Position numbers and translations under genes: made by a program
The notes under the pieces: model-generated
Databases searched by the model: none
What the model was told of the DNA's origin: nothing
What the model saw: the letters and a program-made list of their open reading frames with translations, nothing else
From: Bacteroidales bacterium
GTDB taxonomy: Bacteria; Bacteroidota; Bacteroidia; Bacteroidales; UBA932
DNA: 64,000 nt
Reading direction: 5' to 3'
Assembly: GCA_017479265.1 (NCBI GenBank)
Contig: JAFVCK010000058.1
Coordinates: 9,473 to 73,472, forward strand
In this document: piece by piece, positions 8,483-17,558 of the stretch
How the letters are laid out: the number at the start of each line of letters is the position of its first letter
How positions within the stretch are numbered: the first letter of the stretch is position 1

Positions 8483-8549
8483 CGACGTGGAATCGAACCA
8501 CGATTTAAAGTTTAGGAAACTTCCGTTCTATCCGTTGAACTATCGGGCC
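8478..8549 (-). tRNA. tRNA-Arg (CCT)
   Basis: GGCCCGATAGTTCAACGGATAGAACGGAAGTTTCCTAAACTTTAAATCGTGGTTCGATTCCACGTCGGGCTA folds as a cloverleaf, anticodon CCT. Confidence 0.95.
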
Positions 8550-8585
8550 ATTCACCGGGTCCGGACCCGGGGCGGGGGAGGCTGA

Positions 8586-8768
8586 TTACTCAGCGTCCTT
8601 GGCGACAATCTGACGTCCTCTGTAATATCCGCACTCGGGGCATACCCTGTGGTATATCACTGTTGCACCGCAGTTGGGGCAAGTGGACAGCTGAGGAACG
8701 GCAGCAAAGTCGTGAGTTCTTCTCTTGTCTCTTCTCTGTTTGGAGACTTTGTGTTTCGGATGTGCCAT
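8586..8768 (-). CDS. rpmF: 50S ribosomal protein L32
   Basis: MAHPKHKVSKQRRDKRRTH, CPNCG...HRVCPECGYYRG. Confidence 0.98.
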   Translation of the reverse strand: MAHPKHKVSKQRRDKRRTHDFAAVPQLSTCPNCGATVIYHRVCPECGYYRGRQIVAKDAE

Positions 8769-8811
8769 TGTTATACTGTTTTAATTATTATTCAACAAAA
8801 CTGCGCCCTGT

Positions 8812-9339
8812 CTATTTGTCAAACAAGCCTTTGAGCGCAGCGAAAGGATTGTTCTCCCCGGAATCGTTCCCGGAATTGACTTCTTCGGAAGGCTTGCCAA
8901 GGTACCTCAGCGCGGCGGGGTTGCATTCCCCGTCCTTGTGTACTCTCTGGAGCGGCAGGGCCAGCATAGCGTAATCATACACAGTCTGGTCCAGGTCTAT
9001 CGCATCATCATCGGGGGAGACTGCAAGTATCTCCCTTTCGTCTCCTTCTCCCTTGGTCTGAGTTTCCCCGTCGTCCCGGGTAAAACTGACGCAGAGCCGT
9101 ACATCCTGGGCCACAGGCATCTGAAGGTCCTCCAGGCAGCGGTCGCACTCAACGGTGAGGCTGCCGCGCAGGGACATGTCGATGTCTATGGAACTCCCTG
9201 ACTTGAATGCCGTCACCTCCACATGGAGGGAAGCATCGAGGACTTCCGAATTGTCAAAACTCTCAAAGAACTCTTTTCCAACTGACCGGGAAAAACTCTG
9301 TTTTCCGGTCTTCAATCCATTTAGAGGTATGTTCAACAT
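8812..9339 (-). CDS. yceD: DUF177/YceD family protein
   Basis: ECDRCLE motif, LALP, NPFAALKGL; conserved position before rpmF. Confidence 0.9.
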   Translation of the reverse strand: MLNIPLNGLKTGKQSFSRSVGKEFFESFDNSEVLDASLHVEVTAFKSGSSIDIDMSLRGSLTVECDRCLEDLQMPVAQDVRLCVSFTRDDGETQTKGEGDEREILAVSPDDDAIDLDQTVYDYAMLALPLQRVHKDGECNPAALRYLGKPSEEVNSGNDSGENNPFAALKGLFDK

Positions 9340-9388
9340 CGCTGTAAACAGATTTGGGGATGCAAAGATACGAAAAATATTGATATAA

Positions 9389-11191
9389 TCAACCCTCTTG
9401 GTCAGATTTTCTTTTCCTATCGAGGGGGTCGAGCAATATTTTTCTTATTCTCATGAAGTGGGGGGTCACTTCCAGCAGTTCATCTTCCTGTATATATTCC
9501 AGGGCCTCCTCGAGGGAGAATTTGATGGCGGGAGGAAGTATGACCTTCTCGTCGCTGCCCGAAGCACGCACGTTCGTGAGCTTCTTGGTCTTGCAGATAT
9601 TGACGTTGAGGTCACGCTCGCGGGTGTGCTCGCCGACGACCTGTCCGCCGTATATCTCCTCTCCGGGCTCTACGAAGAAACGGCCCCTGTCGAGCAGCTT
9701 GTTCATGGAATAGGCTATGGCCTCGCCTGTCTCAAGGGAGACGAGGGAACCGTTGTTGCGGCGCTCTATCTCGCCCTTGAAAGGCTGGTACTCCTTATAT
9801 CTGTGGGCCACTACTGCCTCTCCCTGGGTGGCTGTCAGCATATTGCTGCGAAGACCCATGAGTCCTCTTGTAGGAATATCGAACTCGAGCAAGGTCCTGT
9901 CGCCTCTGGGCTCCATGCGGAGCAGGGCTCCCTTGCGGCGGGTGGCAATCTCTATCGCGGTGCCCACGAATTCCTCAGGCACCTCCACCGAAAGTTCTTC
10001 TATAGGTTCACACCTCTGCCCGTTGATGGTCTTGTCGAGCACCTTGGGCTGGCCCACCTGGAGCTCGAAGCCCTCGCGGCGCATGGTCTCGATGAGAACC
10101 GAAAGGTGGAGGACTCCACGGCCGTAAACTATGAATGAATCCGCGTTGAGGCCGGGCTTGACCTTGAGAGCCAGGTTCTTCTCCAGCTCGCGGTCCAGCC
10201 TGTCCTTTATATGCCTGGAAGTCACGTACTTGCCGTCCTTTCCGAAGAAGGGGGAGTTGTTGATGGTAAAGAGCATGCTCATCGTGGGCTCGTCTATGGC
10301 TATGGGCGGCAGAGCCTCGGGATTCTCGAAATCTGCAATGGTGTCGCCTATTTCGAAGCCTTCTATGCCTACCACGGCGCTGATGTCACCGCACTGTACG
10401 CTGTCCACGTTCCTCTTGCCCAGGCCTTCGAACACCATGAGCTGCTTGATTTTCTGCTTCTCCACTATGTCGTACCTCTTGCAGAGGCTGATGTTCATGC
10501 CGGTATGCAGTTCTCCACGGGTGATGCGTCCCACGGCTATACGTCCCACGTAGGGGGAGTATTCCAAAGAGGAAATCAGCATCTGTGGCGTGCCTTCTAC
10601 CTTGGCGGGAGCGGGAATGACCTCAATTATGGCATCCAGAAGGGGAGTGATATTGTCCCCGTGGTTCTTCCAGTCATTGTCCATCCAGCCCTGCTTGGCG
10701 CTGCCGTAGATGGTCTTGAAGTCCAGCTGTTCTTCGTCAGCTCCGAGTGCGAACATCAGGTCGAACACCTCTTCCTGCACCTCGTCGGGGCGGCAGTTGG
10801 GCTTGTCCACCTTGTTGATGACCACGACGGGCTTCTTGCCCATCTGGAGGGCCTTCTGCAGCACGAAGCGGGTCTGGGGCATGCAGCCTTCGAATGCGTC
10901 CACCAGCAGGAGCACGCCGTCGGCCATGTTCAAAACCCTTTCGACCTCGCCGCCGAAATCGCTATGCCCGGGAGTATCTATAATGTTGATTTTCACTCCC
11001 TTGTAAACTACGGAAACGTTCTTGGCGAGGATGGTGATGCCGCGTTCCCTTTCCAGGTCGTTGTTGTCGAGAATAAGCTCTCCGAGATTCTCGGGTCTGC
11101 GTACTAGGTCGGCCTGGTAAATCATGCGGTCCACGAGCGTGGTCTTGCCATGGTCAACGTGGGCGATGATTGCTATGTTCCTTACTTCCAT
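9389..11191 (-). CDS. typA: Translational GTPase TypA/BipA
   Basis: RNIAIIAHVDHGKTTLVD, ERERGITILAKN, GRGVLHLSVLIETMRREG. Confidence 0.98.
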   Translation of the reverse strand: MEVRNIAIIAHVDHGKTTLVDRMIYQADLVRRPENLGELILDNNDLERERGITILAKNVSVVYKGVKINIIDTPGHSDFGGEVERVLNMADGVLLLVDAFEGCMPQTRFVLQKALQMGKKPVVVINKVDKPNCRPDEVQEEVFDLMFALGADEEQLDFKTIYGSAKQGWMDNDWKNHGDNITPLLDAIIEVIPAPAKVEGTPQMLISSLEYSPYVGRIAVGRITRGELHTGMNISLCKRYDIVEKQKIKQLMVFEGLGKRNVDSVQCGDISAVVGIEGFEIGDTIADFENPEALPPIAIDEPTMSMLFTINNSPFFGKDGKYVTSRHIKDRLDRELEKNLALKVKPGLNADSFIVYGRGVLHLSVLIETMRREGFELQVGQPKVLDKTINGQRCEPIEELSVEVPEEFVGTAIEIATRRKGALLRMEPRGDRTLLEFDIPTRGLMGLRSNMLTATQGEAVVAHRYKEYQPFKGEIERRNNGSLVSLETGEAIAYSMNKLLDRGRFFVEPGEEIYGGQVVGEHTRERDLNVNICKTKKLTNVRASGSDEKVILPPAIKFSLEEALEYIQEDELLEVTPHFMRIRKILLDPLDRKRKSDQEG

Positions 11192-11267
11192 AAATATTCT
11201 TTAAATCTTGCAAATTTAACTAAAATTAGGCAGAAAATCGCTATATTTGTATGACAAAATTGTTTTA

Positions 11268-12389
11268 ATGAACAGGGAAGACGACTTTTCGAGGCTGGAG
11301 ATAGACCTCCAGGGCTGCCTGAAGAATTATAGATACTTCAGGTCCAGGCTCTCTGCATCCACCAAAATGCTGGTGCTTGTAAAGGCCAATGCCTATGGTC
11401 ATGGTGCAGTGGAGTTCGCAGCACTTATGCAGCAGGCTGGTGCGGATTATCTTGCAGTGGCATATCCCGTGGAGGGAATAGAACTGAGGCGCTCCGGTAT
11501 CAGCCTTCCTGTTCTGGTGCTTACGGCAGGCACCGATTTCTTCCAGGACATAATCGAAAACCGTCTGGAGCCGTCAATCCCTAACCTGCAGGCCTTGAAG
11601 CTCTTCTGTGAAGAGCTGAGGCGGCAGGGGCTGCGCGACTATCCTGTCCATATAAAACTTGATACGGGCATGCACCGCCTCGGCTTCATGACGGGCGAGC
11701 TGGATGCCCTCTGCGACTACCTCAAGGATTGCACAGCCGTGCGCGTCAAGTCCGTATTCTCCCATCTGGCGGTGGCGGAAGTGCCTGAAGAAGACGACTT
11801 TACTCTCGGGCAGATAGCAATGTTCCGCAGCAATGCCCAGAGGATAGGCGATGCCCTTGGGTACAAGCCCATGTGGCATATTTTGAATTCTGCCGGAATA
11901 GAAAGGTTCCCCGACTACCAGTTCGATATGGTCAGGCTGGGTATAGGCATATATGGAATCAGCGCCCTGCCGGGAGTGAAACTTGCCCCTGTTGCCTCGC
12001 TCAAGTGCAAGATTCTGCAAATCAAGAAGTTGACCCCAGAGGACGGGACCATAGGATATGGCCGCTACGGACATATAGCCCCCGAAGGCTCAGTCATCGC
12101 CACTATTCCTGTGGGCTATGCCGACGGAATAGACCGCCACCTTGGGAGAGGCAATGCCTCCTTCAGCCTCAACGGCCACAGGGTGCCGACAATAGGCAAT
12201 ATCTGCATGGACATGTGCATGCTTGATATAACAGGAGTCCCGGCCGAGGTGGGGGATACCGTCACTATTTTCGGCGAGGACCCTACCGTGGGCGAACTGG
12301 CAGGCATATTGGGTACCATCCCATACGAGATACTGACCTCGGTGCCGCGCAGAATAGAGCGCTTCGTCATTCGAAAATCCCGTCAGTAA
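11268..12389 (+). CDS. alr: Alanine racemase
   Basis: VKANAYGHG PLP lysine, HIKLDTGMHRLG, PVGYADG, GNICMDM; ATG at 11268 follows TATATTTG. Confidence 0.95.
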   Translation: MNREDDFSRLEIDLQGCLKNYRYFRSRLSASTKMLVLVKANAYGHGAVEFAALMQQAGADYLAVAYPVEGIELRRSGISLPVLVLTAGTDFFQDIIENRLEPSIPNLQALKLFCEELRRQGLRDYPVHIKLDTGMHRLGFMTGELDALCDYLKDCTAVRVKSVFSHLAVAEVPEEDDFTLGQIAMFRSNAQRIGDALGYKPMWHILNSAGIERFPDYQFDMVRLGIGIYGISALPGVKLAPVASLKCKILQIKKLTPEDGTIGYGRYGHIAPEGSVIATIPVGYADGIDRHLGRGNASFSLNGHRVPTIGNICMDMCMLDITGVPAEVGDTVTIFGEDPTVGELAGILGTIPYEILTSVPRRIERFVIRKSRQ

Positions 12390-12642
12390 AGCAGAGTACC
12401 AGCCTCGTGCCCGAATGCATGGCTGTGGCGTATGTGTCTCCGTCGCATGGGACGGCGTATCCGCAGCCGGCGAAGATGAATTTCACCTCCTGGGAGTCGA
12501 AGTCTTCCGTCAGCCTTGCAGGCTCTTCTCCGGGAATGACCTGCGTGAGGTTATAACCCTCTTTCAGTATGCCCACGGGTATTACTGCCGGGTCTGAAAG
12601 CGGCATCTCCTCATGCTCTATGTATAAAAGAAGATATTTCAT
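12367..12642 (-). CDS. Hypothetical protein (about 91 aa)
   Basis: ORF from MKYLLLYIEH; no recognised motif; convergent overlap with alr. Confidence 0.45.
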   Translation of the reverse strand: MKYLLLYIEHEEMPLSDPAVIPVGILKEGYNLTQVIPGEEPARLTEDFDSQEVKFIFAGCGYAVPCDGDTYATAMHSGTRLVLCFTDGIFE

Positions 12643-12811
12643 GTTAGGAATGCGAAACAAATTAGTTGCATCAAATTTTGTAGAAGATTGTCGAGGTTGT
12701 TTGGATTTGGGAAGAAGGAGTGCAGCAGTAGCTGCATGACTGATGACAAAATTCAAAGAAGCCGGCAAGATTCGCAAAATGATGCAAGTTATTTTTTGAA
12801 CATGACTTAAC

Positions 12812-12839
12812 AAAAAGACCGGCGTTGCTGCCGGTCTTT
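12812..12839 (-). terminator. Intrinsic terminator after tRNA-Arg(ACG)
   Basis: aaagaccggc-N6-gccggtcttt with T-run on the minus strand. Confidence 0.75.
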
Positions 12840-12841
12840 GG

Positions 12842-12915
12842 TGACTCCATCAGGATTCAAACCTGAAACCTTCTGATCCGTAGTCAGATGCTCTATTCAG
12901 TTGAGCTATGGAGCC
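12842..12915 (-). tRNA. tRNA-Arg (ACG)
   Basis: GGCTCCATAGCTCAACTGAATAGAGCATCTGACTACGGATCAGAAGGTTTCAGGTTTGAATCCTGATGGAGTCA, anticodon ACG. Confidence 0.95.
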
Positions 12916-12929
12916 GTTTCCCTTTCGGG

Positions 12930-13310
12930 TTATTCTGCATTGTCCTGCTTTGCTACGAACTTCTTCTCCTGAATCCTTGCCTTCTTACCTGACAGGGTGC
13001 GGAGGTAGAAGATGCGGGCCCTGCGGACCTTACCAACCTTGTTGACTTCAATTGAGTCAATGAAGGGAGACTGTACGGGGAATATCCTCTCGACACCGAT
13101 ACCGCCGGACACCTTGCGGACTGTGAAAGTCCTGGTGTAAGGGGTTGCTCCTGATATCTGGATGACAGTTCCTCTGAACTTCTGGAGTCTCTCCTTGTCA
13201 CCTTCCTTGATTCTATAGGTAACGGTGAGGGTATCACCGGCCTTGAATTCAGGGTACTGAGCAGTCTTCTCGTTCTGGAAGGCCTGGTCAACTAATTTAA
13301 TCAAATCCAT
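12930..13310 (-). CDS. rplS: 50S ribosomal protein L19
   Basis: FKAGDT, KEGDKERLQKFRG, TFTVRKVSGGIGVERIFP, GKVRRARIFYLR. Confidence 0.98.
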   Translation of the reverse strand: MDLIKLVDQAFQNEKTAQYPEFKAGDTLTVTYRIKEGDKERLQKFRGTVIQISGATPYTRTFTVRKVSGGIGVERIFPVQSPFIDSIEVNKVGKVRRARIFYLRTLSGKKARIQEKKFVAKQDNAE

Positions 13311-13324
13311 TTTCTTATTCTTTT

Positions 13325-13372
13325 AAAGCGCAACGTTACGAACTTAATAAACGAACCGTAAGAGGTTGCTTT
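13325..13372 (-). promoter_or_regulatory. Structured rplS 5' leader (candidate L19 autoregulatory leader)
   Basis: Minus strand AAAGCAAC-CTC-TTACG...CGTAA-C-GTTGCGCTTT stem between a TACATTTG promoter and the start codon. Confidence 0.5.
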
Positions 13373-13433
13373 GTTTTTGGGACTGCAAATGTAGGAAGAA
13401 TTTTTCAATCTGCAAACTTTTGTTGCGATTTTT

Positions 13434-14618
13434 TTAGAAATTTTCCCTCATTTTGTCAAACAGAGCCTTGTCTTCCCGGCTCAGGTCGGGTGTAAAGCTG
13501 CTGCTGGACCTCATTCCCTCCAGTGCCTCCTTCTCGCCTCGGGACAGTTTCTTGGGTATCCATACGAGGTATTTGACATAGAGGTCGCCAGTGCCGCTGC
13601 CATATCCCTTTACTGCAGGGAGGCCTTTTCCGCGCAGCCTGACCACGGTACCTGACTGCGTGCCAGGATCTACCTTTATGCGGTAGGTCCCGTCAAGCGT
13701 AGGGACGGCGATTTCCGTTCCGAGTATGGCGTCGGTCACTGTAAGAATATGGCTGTAGAAGAGGTTGTTGCCGCTTCTTTTGAGCTGGCTGTGAGGGAGT
13801 TCCTCGATGAGCACGAGCAGGTCGCCGTTGACTCCACCGTTCTTGGCGGCATGGCCTTCGCCGCGTACGGTAAGCTGCATTCCGTCCTCGACTCCCGCAG
13901 GGATGTCCACCTTGATGGTAACTCTTTTGCGCACAAGACCGGTTCCGGCGCAGTTTCGGCAGGCATTCTTGATTATCCTTCCTTCACCGCCGCAGCGGGA
14001 GCAGGTTGTGTATGTCACCGTCTGTCCGAAGAAACTGTTGCTGACCCTCTGCTCCTGCCCGCTTCCCTTGCAATGGGGGCAGGTCTGGATGTCTGAGGAA
14101 CTCTTGGCACCCTTGCCGCCGCACTTGGGGCAGGGCTCGTTCCTTTCTATGGACACTTCCTTGGTGCAGCCCTTGGCGATTTCTTCGAGGGTGAGTTTCA
14201 CGCGAGTGCGAATGTCCCTTCCTCTATATACCCTCTGCTGCGAGGAGCTCTGCGAGCGGCCGAAACCTCCGAATCCGCTGAATCCGCCGAAACCTCCGAA
14301 GCCGCCGCCGAAAAGGTCGTTCAGTATGTCGTTCAGGTTGCCGAATCCCTGGCTGAAGTCGAAGCCCTGGCCTCCGCCCATGCCGGAGAATCCGAACTGG
14401 TCGTACTGGGCCTTCTTCTGGGGGTCGCTGAGCACGGAATAAGCCTCGGAAGCCTCCTTGAACTTCTCCTCGGCTGTCTTTTTCTCCTCATCGGTTCCAT
14501 CCACCCAGCGGTCAGGGTGCCATTTGAGGGCAGCCTTACGGTAGGCTGACTTTATGTCATCGGCCGAGGCGTTCTTGTCCAGCCCCAGGACCTCGTAATA
14601 ATCTCTTTTCTCTGCCAT
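13434..14618 (-). CDS. dnaJ: Chaperone DnaJ
   Basis: J-domain HPD, G/F-rich region, four CxxCxGxG repeats. Confidence 0.98.
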   Translation of the reverse strand: MAEKRDYYEVLGLDKNASADDIKSAYRKAALKWHPDRWVDGTDEEKKTAEEKFKEASEAYSVLSDPQKKAQYDQFGFSGMGGGQGFDFSQGFGNLNDILNDLFGGGFGGFGGFSGFGGFGRSQSSSQQRVYRGRDIRTRVKLTLEEIAKGCTKEVSIERNEPCPKCGGKGAKSSSDIQTCPHCKGSGQEQRVSNSFFGQTVTYTTCSRCGGEGRIIKNACRNCAGTGLVRKRVTIKVDIPAGVEDGMQLTVRGEGHAAKNGGVNGDLLVLIEELPHSQLKRSGNNLFYSHILTVTDAILGTEIAVPTLDGTYRIKVDPGTQSGTVVRLRGKGLPAVKGYGSGTGDLYVKYLVWIPKKLSRGEKEALEGMRSSSSFTPDLSREDKALFDKMRENF

Positions 14619-14621
14619 AGT

Positions 14622-15185
14622 TTATGCCCCCACGACTACTTTGGCGTACCTGAGCACCTTGCCTCCGAACAGATAGCCGGTCTCGATTACGTCATAGACA
14701 AGGCCTTTGGACTCCTCGTCCTGAACGGGAATCTGGGCTACTGCCTCGTGGAAATCGGTGTCGAACTTCTGTCCTTTGGCCTCGATCTTCTGGAGACCCT
14801 TGCCCTTTAGGTATGCCATCAATTTGTTGTATATCAGGCTGGTGCCTTCCTTGGCGGCTTCGTCGCTGGACTCTTCCAGCATGGCCATAGCCCTTTCGCA
14901 GTCGTCCAGGACAGGCAGCAGTCCCTTTATGGTCTCGGCCGATGCCGAACTGACCAAATCGAGCCTGTCCTGCGCGCTGCGCCTGCGGAAAGTTTCGAAC
15001 TCGGCCATGAGACGGAGATAGTCGTCCTTGCCTGAGGCGACGCTCTCCTTGAGCCCTGCGTTCTCTTTCTCCAGGGCTTCAATCTTCTCTTTCAGCACCT
15101 TTTCGGCCTTCTTTTCTGCTTTCTTGCCGTTTTTCTCCTCGGCCTTTGTATTCTTGTTGTTCTCTTCCATAATCATCTTTTTCAT
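14622..15185 (-). CDS. grpE: Nucleotide exchange factor GrpE
   Basis: LRLMAEFETFRRR, LLPVLDDCERA, FDTDFHEAV, GYLFGGKVLRYAKVVV. Confidence 0.97.
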   Translation of the reverse strand: MKKMIMEENNKNTKAEEKNGKKAEKKAEKVLKEKIEALEKENAGLKESVASGKDDYLRLMAEFETFRRRSAQDRLDLVSSASAETIKGLLPVLDDCERAMAMLEESSDEAAKEGTSLIYNKLMAYLKGKGLQKIEAKGQKFDTDFHEAVAQIPVQDEESKGLVYDVIETGYLFGGKVLRYAKVVVGA

Positions 15186-15207
15186 ACAAAACCGGCGGAT
15201 GGAGTTT

Positions 15208-15246
15208 CAAATAGCCTGCCACCCGCCGTATTCTGCCATTATGTCA
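15208..15246 (-). promoter_or_regulatory. Sigma54-like promoter plus upstream TGACA-N3-TGGCAG box before grpE-dnaJ
   Basis: Minus strand TGACATAATGGCAG-N11-TGGCAGGCTATTTG; TGGCA...TTG has -24/-12 spacing. Confidence 0.5.
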
Positions 15247-15249
15247 TAT

Positions 15250-16638
15250 CTATTTCTTGTTAACCAGATACTGCTCTTCCTTGTATGTCAGACCCATGAA
15301 CAGTATGGCCATGGCGCAGGCGGCAAGCAGCAGCATGAAGGTCCAGCTCCAGCCGGCGTTCTTCGCTACATAACCTATCACTATGTTGGCGAGTATGGCG
15401 GTTCCGAAGAAGTAGCCGAAGAATCCGGTCAGTCCGGCTGCTGTGCCGGATGCGTTCTTCGGGGCGAGGTCAAGGGCCTGCACACCAATGAGCATTACAG
15501 GGCCGTAGATGAAGAAACCTATGCCTATAAGACTGATAACCACCATTGTAAGGTTGTCGATGAAGACCCAGTAGAGGACTATGAATACTGCCACCAGTGC
15601 CATGAATATCATCGTGGGAAGGGCTCTGCGTCCTTTGAAGACGTGGTCGGATATCCAGCCGCAGATAAGGGTGCCTGGTATGGCTGCGAACTCGTATGCG
15701 AAATAGGCCCAGCCTGCATCCTTGAGGTCTTTGCCCATATCGGTGAGGATGGTAGGAGCCCAGTCGAGGCAGCCGTAGCGGACCATATAGACGAAGGCGT
15801 TTGCAAGTGCTATATACCAGAGGAACTTATTATTGAGCACATACTTGAAAAAAATATCCTTGGTACTCAGGGCCTGTTCGTGCTTCTCGCTATAGTTCTT
15901 GGGATAATCGTTGCGCCATTTCTCGATGGAGGGCAGTCCGACGGACTGCGGGGTGTCGCGAAGCAGCAGGTAGGCGACGATGGCGACCATGACCGCGACG
16001 GCGGCGGGGAAGGCGAAGGTGCCGATGAGGAAGTAATACTCGGTGGCTGAACCGTAGAACCAGTGGCCGAACCAGGCTGCTCCGTATGCCGCCATGGGGC
16101 CGACGAGGGCGCCTCCGACATTGTGGGCGCAGTTCCAGATGGACATCATGGTGCCTCTTTCGCTGACCGAGAACCAGTGCGTCATGACTCTGCCGCAAGG
16201 GGGCCATCCCATGCCGTTGAACCATCCCACAAGGAAGTTCAGGAAGGCCATGAGAGCTATTGCCGCGAACTTATGTTCGGCACCTATGGCGGTGATGGGA
16301 ACTATCATGAAACACATTGATATTGCGGCCATTACAAGGCCCAGAGGAAGGAACACCCGGGCGTTGCTGCGGTCCGAGACGCTGCCCATGAGGAACTTCG
16401 AGAGGGCGTATGCTATAGCGTTCATGGACAGCACTATTCCAAGCTCGTCTTTGCCGAATCCGAAGGAAGCAAGTTCCGGAATGGCCATTGAGAAGTTCTT
16501 TCTGACGATGTAGAAGCCGGCGTATCCTATGAATGCTCCGAGGAATACCTGGAGCCTCATCCTCTTGTATTTCGCATCTGTTTCTGCTCCTGCGGGCATT
16601 TCTGCCTTGTAGGCTGGTTGCTTTAAGAATCCTATCAT
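15250..16638 (-). CDS. glpT: MFS organophosphate:Pi antiporter (GlpT/PgtP)
   Basis: YIVRKNFS, GSVSDRSNAR, GMGWPPCGRVMTHWFS, SIWNCAHNVGG, RYGCLDWAP. Confidence 0.9.
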   Translation of the reverse strand: MIGFLKQPAYKAEMPAGAETDAKYKRMRLQVFLGAFIGYAGFYIVRKNFSMAIPELASFGFGKDELGIVLSMNAIAYALSKFLMGSVSDRSNARVFLPLGLVMAAISMCFMIVPITAIGAEHKFAAIALMAFLNFLVGWFNGMGWPPCGRVMTHWFSVSERGTMMSIWNCAHNVGGALVGPMAAYGAAWFGHWFYGSATEYYFLIGTFAFPAAVAVMVAIVAYLLLRDTPQSVGLPSIEKWRNDYPKNYSEKHEQALSTKDIFFKYVLNNKFLWYIALANAFVYMVRYGCLDWAPTILTDMGKDLKDAGWAYFAYEFAAIPGTLICGWISDHVFKGRRALPTMIFMALVAVFIVLYWVFIDNLTMVVISLIGIGFFIYGPVMLIGVQALDLAPKNASGTAAGLTGFFGYFFGTAILANIVIGYVAKNAGWSWTFMLLLAACAMAILFMGLTYKEEQYLVNKK

Positions 16639-16728
16639 AGTTTTAGTATTTGTCCAAGTTCTCTAATGTTCTACAAAAGTACTGATAATTTTGGGATTTT
16701 CCTCAAATAACTATAACTTTGGGGAGTT

Positions 16729-17553
16729 ATGGACAAGAAAATAATACTTATTACAGGTGCCAGCAGCGGCATAGGCCGTGATGCTGCTATGATGCTGTCG
16801 GCAGCGGGCCATAAGGTATATGGAGCCGCAAGAAGGACAAACCTGATTCCGGAAGGTGTAGTACCCTTGAGCATGGATGTCACCGACGAGGCTTCCATTG
16901 ATGCTGCCCTGGAAACGGTAATAGGGCAGGAGGGCCGGATAGACGTGCTGGTGAACAACGCCGGTTTCGGCTATTTCGGGGCTATCGAGAATGTCAGCAT
17001 GGAAGATGCCCGCAGGCAGATGGAGGTCAATGTGTTCGGTCTTGCTTCGCTGACCCGCAAGGTGCTGCCTTACATGAGGGAGCAGGGGAGAGGCAGGATA
17101 ATCAACGTTTCCTCTGTAGCCGGCAAGGTGGTGCTGTATTTCGGAGGCTGGTATCATGTGTCCAAATTCGCCGTGGAGGCTTTCAGCGACGCGCTTCGCA
17201 TAGAGACCCGGCCTTTCGGCATAGATGTGGTCCTGATTGAGCCGGGGGCCATCTTTACGGACTGGGGCATCATCGCGGCGGACAATCTCGAGGCTTCTTC
17301 CAAGGGTACGGTTTACGAGAAGGAGGCCCTTAACGAGGCCGCTTCCATGCGTTTTATGTACTCTAAGATGAAAGGATACATTGCCGACCCTTCCGTGGTG
17401 GCCAAATCCATAGTGCGGGCTTCGCTCAGCCGCCGCCCCAAGGTGCGTTATCACCCCGGCACGGGAGCCAATCTGATGCGCTTTTTCCACTGGCTTCTTC
17501 CCGCCCGCTGGTGGGACGCTTCCATGCGCCTTATCGGCAGGAAAATAGTGTGA
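16729..17553 (+). CDS. Short-chain dehydrogenase/reductase
   Basis: ITGASSGIG, LVNNAG, YHVSK catalytic motif. Confidence 0.93.
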   Translation: MDKKIILITGASSGIGRDAAMMLSAAGHKVYGAARRTNLIPEGVVPLSMDVTDEASIDAALETVIGQEGRIDVLVNNAGFGYFGAIENVSMEDARRQMEVNVFGLASLTRKVLPYMREQGRGRIINVSSVAGKVVLYFGGWYHVSKFAVEAFSDALRIETRPFGIDVVLIEPGAIFTDWGIIAADNLEASSKGTVYEKEALNEAASMRFMYSKMKGYIADPSVVAKSIVRASLSRRPKVRYHPGTGANLMRFFHWLLPARWWDASMRLIGRKIV

Positions 17554-17558
17554 AGTTG

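Larger units (their letters stand above)
4497..8516. mobile_element. Degenerate tRNA-Arg(CCT)-anchored genomic islet (no integrase present)
   Basis: Direct repeats of tRNA sequence at both ends, AT-richer spacers, cargo of TA genes, AAA ATPase, IS and gene fragments. Confidence 0.7.
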
